64,000 nucleotides of DNA from an uncultured virus (IMG/VR IMGVR_UViG_3300021256_000009) (Duplodnaviria > Heunggongvirae > Uroviricota > Caudoviricetes): IMG/VR virus record IMGVR_UViG_3300021256_000009; one strand, written 5' to 3'. Positions within the stretch are counted from its first letter, which is position 1. Every line of letters starts with the position of its first letter. Shown here one piece after another: positions 18,352 to 27,396 of the stretch. Position numbers and translations under genes: made by a program. The notes under the pieces are model-generated. The model was given only the letters and a program-made list of their open reading frames with translations. It ran no database searches and was not told the DNA's origin.

Positions 18352-18645
18352 TCAGTCCTCCTTTTGTTTCTTTTTCTTTAGTGATTCGATATACTCTGCT
18401 CTTTCCTGATAATATTGTTTACAAATTTCCGGGTAGTTATTCGGTCCCGAAATACCATCCCGGCAAGTTCCCGTTATTTCTTCTTCTAAATAAAATCTTT
18501 GGTGTTTATGGCAATAGAAATCAAATTGTTCTCTGTATGGAGGGATAGGTCTTATGTTAAAAAAATCCCAGCCCGCGCAATTATCTCTAAAAAGCGTGTA
18601 ATCCCAATTTGCGTACACGCAGTCTTCGCATGGAACGATCGACAT
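18352..18645 (-). CDS. Cys-rich hypothetical protein
   Basis: CEDC...C..H...C pattern. Confidence 0.65.
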   Translation of the reverse strand: MSIVPCEDCVYANWDYTLFRDNCAGWDFFNIRPIPPYREQFDFYCHKHQRFYLEEEITGTCRDGISGPNNYPEICKQYYQERAEYIESLKKKKQKED

Positions 18646-18655
18646 TGTTACTGTT

Positions 18656-19078
18656 TCAGTCCTCCTTTACGATGATGATACGCGCTCTATCGCCATTTGA
18701 GAATTTTCCCGGATTCAGAGGAATTGTAATCTCCGGGTGTGGCTCTGGATTCCAATCCTCTACAATGCACTCTACCGCCTCGCTCATCATTTGCTCCCTA
18801 TCCCATTCCGCTCCAGCAATGAAGGCGGCAACCTCCATAATTCCCTCATCGCTAACAGAATCTCCGGCATATTCTTTTGCCGCTTCTTCAAGGTCATTTG
18901 AAATAATCGGTTTTTTCGATTCTTCAAGAGTAGAAAGAAATGAAATAACATCATTTAACGCCATATCATATCCACAAGCAACATCAAGTTCATATTGTGC
19001 ATACGCTTCGTTATCACTGATTTCGTTGGCGTTCTTCAGTCTTTCTATTTCGGCATTTATTTGTTCTATGATTGTCAT
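18656..19078 (-). CDS. Modular hypothetical protein
   Basis: DLEEAAKEY...FIAGAEW motif. Confidence 0.75.
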   Translation of the reverse strand: MTIIEQINAEIERLKNANEISDNEAYAQYELDVACGYDMALNDVISFLSTLEESKKPIISNDLEEAAKEYAGDSVSDEGIMEVAAFIAGAEWDREQMMSEAVECIVEDWNPEPHPEITIPLNPGKFSNGDRARIIIVKED

Positions 19079-19205
19079 ATAAGTTAATAAGTTTATCAAT
19101 CTTCTTTTCTATCTTGGAAGTATAATGTTCCACTATTGACCATGCTCCAAATGTTAATATGAAAAACCATGTGATGGCAAAGCAGATAGCTTCAAATGTA
19201 CTCAT
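19014..19205 (-). CDS. Small membrane protein
   Basis: N-terminal TM segment. Confidence 0.5.
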   Translation of the reverse strand: MSTFEAICFAITWFFILTFGAWSIVEHYTSKIEKKIDKLINLYDNHRTNKCRNRKTEERQRNQ

Positions 19206-19420
19206 AGTGAGTTGATTTTGTCAATTACTTGTCCAAGAGCAGCATTGAAGCCATCGTCAAAACGGTCTTCGTTATGCTCATAGACCTTACTTTCCAGCCA
19301 CTCCAGCAAAGCGTCCTTGCGGATGTACTCTGCACCTCCGTTGTTCTCGAACGATGGAGCCATCATATAACCGCTATCCATGTCAATGATGTCTATATAA
19401 ATCTTATCTGGTGCTTTCAT
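19202..19420 (-). CDS. Hypothetical protein
   Basis: APDKIYI...EYIRKDALLEW. Confidence 0.7.
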   Translation of the reverse strand: MKAPDKIYIDIIDMDSGYMMAPSFENNGGAEYIRKDALLEWLESKVYEHNEDRFDDGFNAALGQVIDKINSL

Positions 19421-19421
19421 A

Positions 19422-19877
19422 TTAGTATTTCTTTCGGATTTGAACGACTACCTTGTTGCCAGGCTTAAAAGAATCTACGGGTATAAATATGGCGGGGAAT
19501 CTTTCTTCATCATTTGAAGCATCTTCTACATGAGTTATATATGTTTCACCTTGTCCTCTCATCCACTCTGCTCCGGCTTTGACAAGTCCGATAAATTCGT
19601 CTCGTGAAAAATAGTCTCTTATCCCTTTTACATAACTTCCATCTTCATACTTTTGTCCAAATGTAGGAACAAGGCTCACAACTATTCTTTCTGCCGCCTC
19701 GTCAAGATTGGAAGGAAGGGAGAGTTTGGAAAGCATTTCAATACAAACGTCAAAAGCTTCGTCAACTTCTTTTTGTTCTGGCATTTCAGGCCTATCTTTT
19801 TCGTTTTGCTCTCCTTTACCCCAGCATCTCCAAGCACGCATTTTTATTAAAACTTTTAGTGCTTCTTCTTTTGTCAT
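19422..19877 (-). CDS. Modular hypothetical protein
   Basis: SNLDEAA...KAGAEW motif. Confidence 0.75.
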   Translation of the reverse strand: MTKEEALKVLIKMRAWRCWGKGEQNEKDRPEMPEQKEVDEAFDVCIEMLSKLSLPSNLDEAAERIVVSLVPTFGQKYEDGSYVKGIRDYFSRDEFIGLVKAGAEWMRGQGETYITHVEDASNDEERFPAIFIPVDSFKPGNKVVVQIRKKY

Positions 19878-19878
19878 A

Positions 19879-20238
19879 TTAAATCAAATTTTCAAGACAA
19901 TATTTAATGGCCGCATCACAGGCTTGCTCGTAAGAATCTTGAATTGGTATATTATCCCCAAATTTTACAGCACAAGTCCAATTTTCAAGTTCTAAAACAG
20001 TAGGATTCCAATCTCCTTCTGAGGGGTCAACATCAATATGTAAATTATGCACTTCCCTCAACCACTTCATCACCATTTGAAGAGTTGGTCTTCTCACGTC
20101 TTCTTCGCTTTCTAAAAAAGGCTGCATGATATCTTTGCTATTGCCATTTTTGTCATAGGATAAGAGAGTACATTCATCAAACCCTTTCTCCTTCAAGAGT
20201 TTGGCAATTTCAAAAGAGACGTAATCTTCAGTAATCAT
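19879..20238 (-). CDS. Hypothetical protein
   Basis: EDYVSFEIAKLLKEKGF...PTLQMVMKWLRE. Confidence 0.75.
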   Translation of the reverse strand: MITEDYVSFEIAKLLKEKGFDECTLLSYDKNGNSKDIMQPFLESEEDVRRPTLQMVMKWLREVHNLHIDVDPSEGDWNPTVLELENWTCAVKFGDNIPIQDSYEQACDAAIKYCLENLI

Positions 20239-20255
20239 GTGTTTCTCTCCTTTCT

Positions 20256-20417
20256 TTATGCACCAATTAAGTCTTTTACCTCGCAAAGTAGGTCATGCGC
20301 TTGTACAAGATTATCTTCAAACCAGTCTTCATATTCTTCTGGCTCAATGGTATCCTGAATTCTGCTGAGTTCGCAGGATATTTCATTGGTAAGGTCTATC
20401 AATTTCTCAATTTCCAT
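20256..20417 (-). CDS. Small acidic protein
   Basis: 53-aa ORF filling the gap in the array. Confidence 0.5.
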   Translation of the reverse strand: MEIEKLIDLTNEISCELSRIQDTIEPEEYEDWFEDNLVQAHDLLCEVKDLIGA

Positions 20418-20418
20418 A

Positions 20419-20649
20419 TTAGTCCTTCTTTCTTGCGTTAAAACTTAATATAGTTTTTATGTTTACTTCCGAAGCGTTTTGCATATAGCAATCCGAGTGA
20501 AGCATTAGCTGTCCACCATGGTTTAGTAGGTAATGAGCTGGAGCATTAGCGTCTCCAATTCCAATACGTATCTTTACATCATCAGGGATGTGTTTAAGAT
20601 ATAATTTTAATTGAGCTACGGTTAACTGAGGACCCTTGTCGTAATCCAT
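20419..20649 (-). CDS. Hypothetical protein
   Basis: LTVAQL...L...PDD motif. Confidence 0.65.
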   Translation of the reverse strand: MDYDKGPQLTVAQLKLYLKHIPDDVKIRIGIGDANAPAHYLLNHGGQLMLHSDCYMQNASEVNIKTILSFNARKKD

Positions 20650-20667
20650 ATTTATTCCTCCTTTCTT

Positions 20668-20922
20668 TTAAAGTCTGGCTAATCTCTCATGTCCACATTT
20701 ATTACATCTAAAGAGACGTATGGGAATCCCAGCAGGAAAACATGCAGTACGCACGATTCCAACAAACTCATAATCGTGAATACAGTGCTCTTGATCTACA
20801 AGATATATTTTTGGTGTAGCACCCTCCATTTCAATCTGCCACTTATTCCACCAATGTTTCTTGTATTTTCTGATAAGATGAGCGGAATTACCATGACCAA
20901 TTAATTCGTATTTTTCTTTCAT
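20668..20922 (-). CDS. Hypothetical protein with C-terminal Zn ribbon
   Basis: CIHDY...CNKCG. Confidence 0.65.
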   Translation of the reverse strand: MKEKYELIGHGNSAHLIRKYKKHWWNKWQIEMEGATPKIYLVDQEHCIHDYEFVGIVRTACFPAGIPIRLFRCNKCGHERLARL

Positions 20923-20943
20923 TTGCTTTCCTAATTTTCTGCG

Positions 20944-21114
20944 TCAATGTATTTCATGACTATTCATTTCGTTGATTTTCTCAGCTATATCTACACCAAC
21001 AGTGATTCCTGTTTCGTAGGCTTCACAGAGAAGTTGTGTCATTTTTTCAATGAGAGGACGAATGCTTTCCTCGTTCTTTTTACGTATAAATTCGCGTAGT
21101 TCATTCGTAGGCAT
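20944..21114 (-). CDS. Small hypothetical protein
   Basis: 56-aa ORF with AT-rich leader. Confidence 0.55.
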   Translation of the reverse strand: MPTNELREFIRKKNEESIRPLIEKMTQLLCEAYETGITVGVDIAEKINEMNSHEIH

Positions 21115-21138
21115 ATCTAAATCAATTAAAAGTTAAAA

Positions 21139-21336
21139 ATCCTCCAGAACTAACCTTGTTCTACCACCGGGTGTCCACATTTGATTTTTGTGACTCATAC
21201 CATGCCCAGCAGGTTGGACTTGACCAACATTAAAGGATATGAAAGGGTGCATACTTATAGTCATTGGTATTCCTGAGCATCACAAGATTGCTTTCAATTT
21301 CCCATATATTTACAGATTGCTACAAGTACACACCCT
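21139..21336 (-). ncRNA. Candidate structured RNA (17-bp stem plus four-way junction)
   Basis: Intergenic; stems pair through G.U only on the - strand. Confidence 0.55.
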
Positions 21337-21341
21337 ATGGT

Positions 21342-22346
21342 TTATATCAGTTTCTTGAGTTGTTCGTAAAGTTCTCGAAGTGCTGGACCATCTCCATTTT
21401 GATATGTACCATACGCAACATCTTTCAAGGCATCCATTTGCTCATCGCTGGGTTTCCAATGAGGCTGGGAACGGAGGGATTTGAGCCTGTTGAGAACCCA
21501 ATCTTTGAACTTGATACGATTCTCTATGACTTCGCACATGGGCATATTGCCAAGATTATTGTCATAGTCATTTTCATAGAATCTCGCCATCCTTTCGTCC
21601 TCCTCGCTCCACTCTGCTGGCTTATGTAAGCCGTACTCTTCTGGATTTTCAAGAATTTCGCTTCTCTCTTTGAGTCTTCCTGTCATTTCCGCAGAGGCAA
21701 GCCTGTCAGCAGAAAGCAATGCCCTTATATTAATCTCTGAGGGCTTCACTTGTTCAAGACACTCCTTTGCTGTCTCCTTGATGAGTGTGACCGGGACATT
21801 CTCAACTCCGGCGGAAATGAATCCACGATGGATGGTTCTTTCTAAGTCATTGAGACTGGAGTAGTCTTGCTTTTCCACCTTTTTCGTATCGTCACGAAAA
21901 TGGTCTTTCTGCTTAAGATTCCCATCTAAATCAAATTCATCTCTTACAGAACAATAATCTCTGGACTTCTGCTCTTTCTGCTTTTCTGCTTCGCTATGAA
22001 CACCGACATTAAAACCAGCTTTATAACCGGCTTCATAGCGAAGAGTCTCAAGGCGATTAAGTTCCGCAGGGGTTATCCATTTCTTTCCGTCGTGATTCTG
22101 CTTTTCGAGGTAGGAGAGAATATTTGTTACAGGTTCTCCATGCCATTTACCTGTTTTATCTTTACACAGATATTGTGCGGTAAAAGTGTGGTGTAAGAAT
22201 GTCCTTATTCTCTCATCCTCGCTCTCGCGGAGTTCGGGGAAATAATGCTCTGCATCCTCTTTTGTTGCACCGTTAAGCCCCGGATATAATTCGCGCATCC
22301 ATTTCAAAGCCTTATCGTATGCCCTTGCTTTTTCTTCTATGGTCAT
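21342..22346 (-). CDS. Modular hypothetical protein
   Basis: FPEL.ESEDERIR, EWSEEDE and WKPSDEQM modules. Confidence 0.8.
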   Translation of the reverse strand: MTIEEKARAYDKALKWMRELYPGLNGATKEDAEHYFPELRESEDERIRTFLHHTFTAQYLCKDKTGKWHGEPVTNILSYLEKQNHDGKKWITPAELNRLETLRYEAGYKAGFNVGVHSEAEKQKEQKSRDYCSVRDEFDLDGNLKQKDHFRDDTKKVEKQDYSSLNDLERTIHRGFISAGVENVPVTLIKETAKECLEQVKPSEINIRALLSADRLASAEMTGRLKERSEILENPEEYGLHKPAEWSEEDERMARFYENDYDNNLGNMPMCEVIENRIKFKDWVLNRLKSLRSQPHWKPSDEQMDALKDVAYGTYQNGDGPALRELYEQLKKLI

Positions 22347-22421
22347 ATTCTTCAAGTTAAAAGGCGCGTACTCGCCGGTTGTCCACTTGTGTTCTTTGAA
22401 TTATGCTTTCCGCGCCATAGG

Positions 22422-22556
22422 TTATTCTTCTCGCCTATATTCTTCTTTCTCCTCCAACGCAGAGCAGAAATCTTCGTAGTCCTGCATACGGTCGCAGGTG
22501 TCATCGTAGTCCGGGTCGAACGGACTCTTGCCGAGGTTCTTGTTGTGGTAGGTCAT
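22422..22556 (-). CDS. Small acidic protein
   Basis: ATGA overlap; 44 aa. Confidence 0.5.
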   Translation of the reverse strand: MTYHNKNLGKSPFDPDYDDTCDRMQDYEDFCSALEEKEEYRREE

Positions 22557-23008
22557 AGTTCGATGGTTTTATCAATTCCGCACAGCCGGAGAATGTGTTG
22601 CAAATAATGAACATACAGGACATCGGACCAATCCCGTAAAAACGAAACGAGGTCAGCCCTTCCATTATTATCCTTTCCTCTAAATTCATTACTGACCTGA
22701 ATCGCAACCTTATCTCTAAATTGGACCGCTATCTTTGCTTTCCCAACATAGCAAACATAGTTTCCGTTTGCTTCATGCCGAAATCCGTTCTTCTCCAGGA
22801 TCTCCAGCGTGATGGGGATGGGTTCAAGATGCGAATCTTCAATATCCCTAAAGTCCATATCGTCACTTATAGGGTAAGACCCTATGTGTCCGTAATGAGT
22901 ATCACTCGAAGGGTCCGGAATGGATTCTACCTTTATGTATTGCGAGTCAAAGCCTCGGTGAGCTTTCATATACACCCAGTCCCCGACCATCAGTTCGTTT
23001 GTTTTCAT
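22553..23008 (-). CDS. YopX-like phage protein
   Basis: ELMVGDWV...PIPITLEILEKNGF...YVH.LQH.LRL. Confidence 0.6.
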   Translation of the reverse strand: MKTNELMVGDWVYMKAHRGFDSQYIKVESIPDPSSDTHYGHIGSYPISDDMDFRDIEDSHLEPIPITLEILEKNGFRHEANGNYVCYVGKAKIAVQFRDKVAIQVSNEFRGKDNNGRADLVSFLRDWSDVLYVHYLQHILRLCGIDKTIEL

Positions 23009-23016
23009 TTCTCTTC

Positions 23017-23373
23017 CTATCGGCTATTAGTTGCGCACCATTCTTCGGCCTTCGTTTTCGTTTTGAAGGTCTTGAGCTCTTCCCAACCGTATCCCTTATG
23101 GATCTCAACAACGAATGCTTTCTTGTCAAGTTTCGTGATACGCAAGGAATCGCGAGTAGGAAGGTGGCTCCGGTCGATCGTGGCTTTCGGCTTCGGAGCG
23201 GGCGCCGGTTTGGGCTCCGGAATCCACCAGCGAATCCTCATGAGTGCGTTCTGGGCAGACAGTTCGTCGTCCCATCTGCGCTCATCAATCGGGCTCCAGA
23301 TGGCCAAATCCTTCCGAACCTGGGTGCGATCCACAATGGCAAATTTGCCATCAGTTGTCTTGATTACTTTCAT
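23017..23373 (-). CDS. Hypothetical protein
   Basis: Two small domains linked by a PKPAP spacer. Confidence 0.7.
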   Translation of the reverse strand: MKVIKTTDGKFAIVDRTQVRKDLAIWSPIDERRWDDELSAQNALMRIRWWIPEPKPAPAPKPKATIDRSHLPTRDSLRITKLDKKAFVVEIHKGYGWEELKTFKTKTKAEEWCATNSR

Positions 23374-23374
23374 A

Positions 23375-23539
23375 CTATTCTCCTTTCAAAAATTCAACGT
23401 TGTACTTCGGATAACGGACTAAACAATCCGTGTAGTAATCTCTTGCCTTCTTCTCGTCCACGAAGGTCTGGCTCGTGATATAACTCCCGCCAGAATACCT
23501 TCCGTATCCGGGACGGGTTATGGTGACGGTGTAGGTCAT
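23375..23539 (-). CDS. Small hypothetical protein
   Basis: ATGA overlap with the resolvase. Confidence 0.6.
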   Translation of the reverse strand: MTYTVTITRPGYGRYSGGSYITSQTFVDEKKARDYYTDCLVRYPKYNVEFLKGE

Positions 23540-24294
23540 ATCCCAATCTGAATTTCTTTCGCCCATCTGGAAAGTGTTCCCCAGCAGAGCGGTTTTCCGT
23601 TTCTTGTGCAGTAGATGGACGGGTGCTTTTCGTAAAGCCTGAGCGCCTTCGCAAGGATATCCTTTTGGCTAACTCCATGGGCGATCTCATCAGAGACCAT
23701 CGTATACAGAGCGGAGCCATCTCTCCATTCGCCGGCCTTCTTCATTGCGGCCATTCCTGATGCCCTGCCGGCTCCGGGAGCCTTCGTACCTTTCTTGCGG
23801 CCCAGGTGCGTACACCAGCGGTCAGTCTTGGAGAAGAATCCGCCTTCCTTCTTGATTGCCTCCTTGCGGGCGTCGATGGCGGACTGGGTTCTGGACTGAA
23901 TGAGCTCCTTTTCGAGCTGCGCTGCGAAGGAGAAACTGAATAGTAACATCTCGTCAATGGCCTTGATGTTCGCGCAGTCAAGATCAAGGTTGAGTTTAAT
24001 GCAGACGAGGCGGACCTTGCGCGGCTTGAGTTCCTGGGTGATGAGAAGGTTAAGGTCGCTCATAGATCTGCCTAAACGAGATATCTCAGACACGATAAGG
24101 ATGTCACCTGGGCCCATCTTCTGGACGAGCTTGTACAGGTTTCTGTCGCGGTAAGATACTCCGCCGGAGATTCCCTCATCCTTAACGAATTCGTCGATGA
24201 CGATGCCGCGAGGAAGGGCCCACTCCTTTATCGCCTGCTGCTGCTGGAGATCGTCTTGCTTACTTGTTGAGAATCTTATGTAGCTGTAAGTCAT
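23536..24294 (-). CDS. Serine recombinase (resolvase/invertase family)
   Basis: YIRFST.KQ (catalytic Ser), DEGISG, GDILIVSEISRLGRS, AQLEKELIQSRT. Confidence 0.92.
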   Translation of the reverse strand: MTYSYIRFSTSKQDDLQQQQAIKEWALPRGIVIDEFVKDEGISGGVSYRDRNLYKLVQKMGPGDILIVSEISRLGRSMSDLNLLITQELKPRKVRLVCIKLNLDLDCANIKAIDEMLLFSFSFAAQLEKELIQSRTQSAIDARKEAIKKEGGFFSKTDRWCTHLGRKKGTKAPGAGRASGMAAMKKAGEWRDGSALYTMVSDEIAHGVSQKDILAKALRLYEKHPSIYCTRNGKPLCWGTLSRWAKEIQIGI

Positions 24295-24430
24295 TGTATT
24301 AGTCTCGTCTGGCGAGCATGTCGTCAAGATATGCGGCCAACATAATCAGTAGAAACATATCCTTATCTTTTTTCGTTAAACGCCTCTGGAATGAAAGCCA
24401 GGGCGCAGAGAATGTAGACGATTACGAACA

Positions 24431-24664
24431 TTACGCGTCCTCCTGCTCTTTTATCGAAATCGGAAATCCGAAGTCGTCAATGACATACAGGGAGCATGTG
24501 ACACCGTTGCGTTCCCACCTGCAGCCAATAATAGAGTTGAGCTGAGCCCTGGCGGTATTCTCTGTAAGCTTGTTAATCTGAGCCTGGCATTCCGCAATCG
24601 TCCGTACGGGTCCTCCTATGGTAGTAATGAACCGACCGTCCTCGACATAGTTGATCGTGTACAT
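24431..24664 (-). CDS. Hypothetical protein
   Basis: Packed array. Confidence 0.65.
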   Translation of the reverse strand: MYTINYVEDGRFITTIGGPVRTIAECQAQINKLTENTARAQLNSIIGCRWERNGVTCSLYVIDDFGFPISIKEQEDA

Positions 24665-24666
24665 GG

Positions 24667-24927
24667 CTACAGTCGGTTAATGTTCCACATCATGTCCTCG
24701 TAGATATGCATGAGCTCGTCTTCGCTATCAAGCGAGTTGAATGTCCAGGATTCATCGAGGTGACGTCCATCGAAGAGAGTCACATCGAAGGACATATGGT
24801 GTCCGCCACCGTAAAGGTTCTCGTGGCTGCTGTGATCGACATGGATGCTGTGGCCGTCATTGAGTTCTGCGACCTTAATCTGGACTTCGTGCGCCTTCTT
24901 GAGAAGGTCTATCATAGTGTCAGTCAT
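24667..24927 (-). CDS. Hypothetical protein
   Basis: Packed array. Confidence 0.7.
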   Translation of the reverse strand: MTDTMIDLLKKAHEVQIKVAELNDGHSIHVDHSSHENLYGGGHHMSFDVTLFDGRHLDESWTFNSLDSEDELMHIYEDMMWNINRL

Positions 24928-24960
24928 ATGAGTGTAAAGTTAAGTGTTTTTGTGTTTACT

Positions 24961-24976
24961 TGCAAGAACTATGCCG
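24961..24976 (-). promoter_or_regulatory. Sigma54-type -24/-12 promoter motif
   Basis: CGGCATA-GTTC-TTGCA on - strand, 34 nt upstream of ATG 24927. Confidence 0.6.
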
Positions 24977-25391
24977 TGCGGATGATAACTCCGTGAGAAT
25001 CTTTGTCGTCCCGGATTTTGAAGTTCATGGAACCTCCTACCGGAAGATCCAGGATTTCTTTCTCGACTTCCTTGAGCGAGTAGTACCACTCATACTCCGT
25101 GCCGTGCTCCATGTCCTCACCGCGCTTCGGGAATTCAAGCTCCTCGTGGATGGGGGTTCCGCATTCAGTGACGAGGATTTCGATGTGGACGCGCTGCTTT
25201 CGATCATCACGCCAGGAATCAAAATCGGTTGGAAGATCCAGGCCGTATCTCTTGTCAATCCAGCGGAGGTATTCAATGATGTCATCTGCTGTGTAATCCT
25301 CATCGTAGAGCATGTCTGCAACCGCTTCCGCCTCGTGAATAGAGAGGAAGTGCTGGAGCGTCATGTTAAGTTTGTAGTCGTCGAGTTGCAT
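24969..25391 (-). CDS. Acidic hypothetical protein
   Basis: Packed array. Confidence 0.7.
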   Translation of the reverse strand: MQLDDYKLNMTLQHFLSIHEAEAVADMLYDEDYTADDIIEYLRWIDKRYGLDLPTDFDSWRDDRKQRVHIEILVTECGTPIHEELEFPKRGEDMEHGTEYEWYYSLKEVEKEILDLPVGGSMNFKIRDDKDSHGVIIRTA

Positions 25392-25396
25392 AATAG

Positions 25397-25669
25397 TTAA
25401 AAGATATAGTTGTAAACAAGTTTCTGTACGCTGTAGGGGAGAGAACCGAATGAGACCATCTCCTGGTCTCTATCCGCAGTTTCCGGATCCGAGATTAAGA
25501 ATGACAACTGAAAGCCGTCCTCTATGTCAAGATATGCTCCGAGGATGTCTGTCATTGCACCGGGGAGCACGCCGTTGAATGTACCGCCCGGGAGCCAGAT
25601 AATGTCGCAGTAACCGTCATTCTCGTCTCTTTTCTTACGGAATGCGTCGATTAAGTTTTGGTGTTTCAT
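25397..25669 (-). CDS. Hypothetical protein
   Basis: Packed array. Confidence 0.7.
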   Translation of the reverse strand: MKHQNLIDAFRKKRDENDGYCDIIWLPGGTFNGVLPGAMTDILGAYLDIEDGFQLSFLISDPETADRDQEMVSFGSLPYSVQKLVYNYIF

Positions 25670-25671
25670 GG

Positions 25672-25917
25672 TTAGAAGATTTTTATCCAGTAAGTTTGTG
25701 TATTGAATTCCCCTTTGAGGTCCTGATTGAAGGTGTCCTCGAATTCTTCTGCGGTGTAGACACCCATTAAGTTGTCTTCCTTCGTGTGCGTTTTGGCGTA
25801 CTGCCGGATTTCGCGGGAAAGCTCTTCGGCTGTAGTAAAACTATCTGCTTTTGAAAGGCCGTTGTAGCCCTCATAATCCTCGTGGAGCAAGTCCCATCTT
25901 CCTACATAGATTTTCAT
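25672..25917 (-). CDS. Hypothetical protein
   Basis: ATGA overlap. Confidence 0.7.
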   Translation of the reverse strand: MKIYVGRWDLLHEDYEGYNGLSKADSFTTAEELSREIRQYAKTHTKEDNLMGVYTAEEFEDTFNQDLKGEFNTQTYWIKIF

Positions 25918-26150
25918 AACTCTCTTTCGTGAATTTTCCAATAGCAATAGACTTCCTCGCTTCCGACGGACGCCTCGATATCTCCATAAAAATCTCTATC
26001 TTCACAGAGGTTTTCGTTAAAGATATACTTTTCACGTTCGGAATTGTACTGGGCTGACATGGTTGCGTGAGCCAAATCACGGTTCACAAATGGCTGCACA
26101 TACACGACATCCCCTTCTTCATTGACGCAGGTTAGAATGTAGAGTTTCAT
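25914..26150 (-). CDS. Hypothetical protein
   Basis: Packed array. Confidence 0.7.
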   Translation of the reverse strand: MKLYILTCVNEEGDVVYVQPFVNRDLAHATMSAQYNSEREKYIFNENLCEDRDFYGDIEASVGSEEVYCYWKIHEREL

Positions 26151-26151
26151 A

Positions 26152-26436
26152 TTAGTCTGAACCGTATTTTGTACACCAAGCCGCCTTGTCACGGCAATAT
26201 TTCTCGTGGTCTTCCCTCCACTTCTGGTCGACTATCTTTATTCTGTCAAACCAGTCAGCGTCTGGATTGATGGTAATTTCCACATCTCCGTAGCGGGATG
26301 CTAATTCCATCCTTGCCTGGTCAAGCCCAGCCTGGCTCGCTATGACCGTCATAGCATCAGAACTGTCTGTATGCATGTGGGCAATAGAGAGCCCCGCCGA
26401 TTGCAGGGCCTCGTAAGTGAGCTCTGAAAGTTTCAT
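26152..26436 (-). CDS. Hypothetical protein
   Basis: Packed array. Confidence 0.7.
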   Translation of the reverse strand: MKLSELTYEALQSAGLSIAHMHTDSSDAMTVIASQAGLDQARMELASRYGDVEITINPDADWFDRIKIVDQKWREDHEKYCRDKAAWCTKYGSD

Positions 26437-26440
26437 ATCT

Positions 26441-26746
26441 TTACGCTTTTACAAGCCCGATGAACGACGTCAGCACGAAGCTGCGCCATGCCTTCTTCTC
26501 GAGGTCCCAGTAGCCCATCGTGGTCGGGCACTCCGGCTTGCCTGCGGTCTTGAACTCATACCGCTTGCCGTCTTCCTGGATCATCATCTCAAGGTTGCGA
26601 GTTCCGACAGCATCCCGCACCTCTCCAGATTTCTTCCTGAACTGGAACCGAACCGCCTGCTCCAGCATCTTGCTCTCAAGCAGCATCACCTCGTCGGCCT
26701 TGATTTCGGTGAGGCCGAGACTCACCAACTGTTCTTTCGTTTTCAT
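26441..26746 (-). CDS. DUF2693/WYL_2-like SH3 beta-barrel protein
   Basis: FQFRKKSGEVRDAVGT...YWDLEKKAWRSF. Confidence 0.75.
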   Translation of the reverse strand: MKTKEQLVSLGLTEIKADEVMLLESKMLEQAVRFQFRKKSGEVRDAVGTRNLEMMIQEDGKRYEFKTAGKPECPTTMGYWDLEKKAWRSFVLTSFIGLVKA

Positions 26747-26761
26747 GATTTTGATTGTTAA

Positions 26762-27394
26762 TTATTCTTCATCCTCATTCCATACCCACTTACCATTCTC
26801 GTCTTTGTGCATCTCGTCTTCAGCCCATGGATGCGTCTCGAAGTAGCACTGGTACGCTTCGTCCGAACCGCCTTCCTCCTCATAGAGCGTGCACTCTCCA
26901 TCCTCAATGGAGAGCCGGCCCGCGTTGTATCCGGAATCTTCATCAGCATAAACCACCTCGATATTGTAGTCTGGGAACATCTCTGCGAGTTTCTGATAAA
27001 TAGGCACAGGTGCATTCCATGCAGTATTGAACCGAATCTGATTTCCTTCGACCTCGATGTCATAGGCGTTCCACTTTGTGCCCCAATGCCAACGCCTCCA
27101 ATCGTACCAGTCCTTCGCGCCGTAAAGAGCACGGTTAACTAGATACTTTGCTCCGAGACGGATGTCCTCTTCCCTCCTTTCATCGCAGAATCCGTCGAAC
27201 GCAGACTTTTCGCCAAGAAGGAACGCCATCCCTCTCTCTCCACTAGAACCACTTTCTATGAGAAGTTCTTCAGGCATCGGGATAATCTTGTTGAAGTCAA
27301 ACTCTTGCTCCTCGCTCTTCACCGCATCAAGAAACTTCTTCACTCTTTCATCACCCTCGTTGATGGTGATGATATTTGCTACATGATTAGGCAT
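26762..27394 (-). CDS. DUF1281/YubB ferredoxin-like protein
   Basis: MPNHV.N, FDFNKIIPMPEEL, WYDWR...WGTKWNA, FNTAW.AP. Confidence 0.8.
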   Translation of the reverse strand: MPNHVANIITINEGDERVKKFLDAVKSEEQEFDFNKIIPMPEELLIESGSSGERGMAFLLGEKSAFDGFCDERREEDIRLGAKYLVNRALYGAKDWYDWRRWHWGTKWNAYDIEVEGNQIRFNTAWNAPVPIYQKLAEMFPDYNIEVVYADEDSGYNAGRLSIEDGECTLYEEEGGSDEAYQCYFETHPWAEDEMHKDENGKWVWNEDEE

Positions 27395-27396
27395 TG

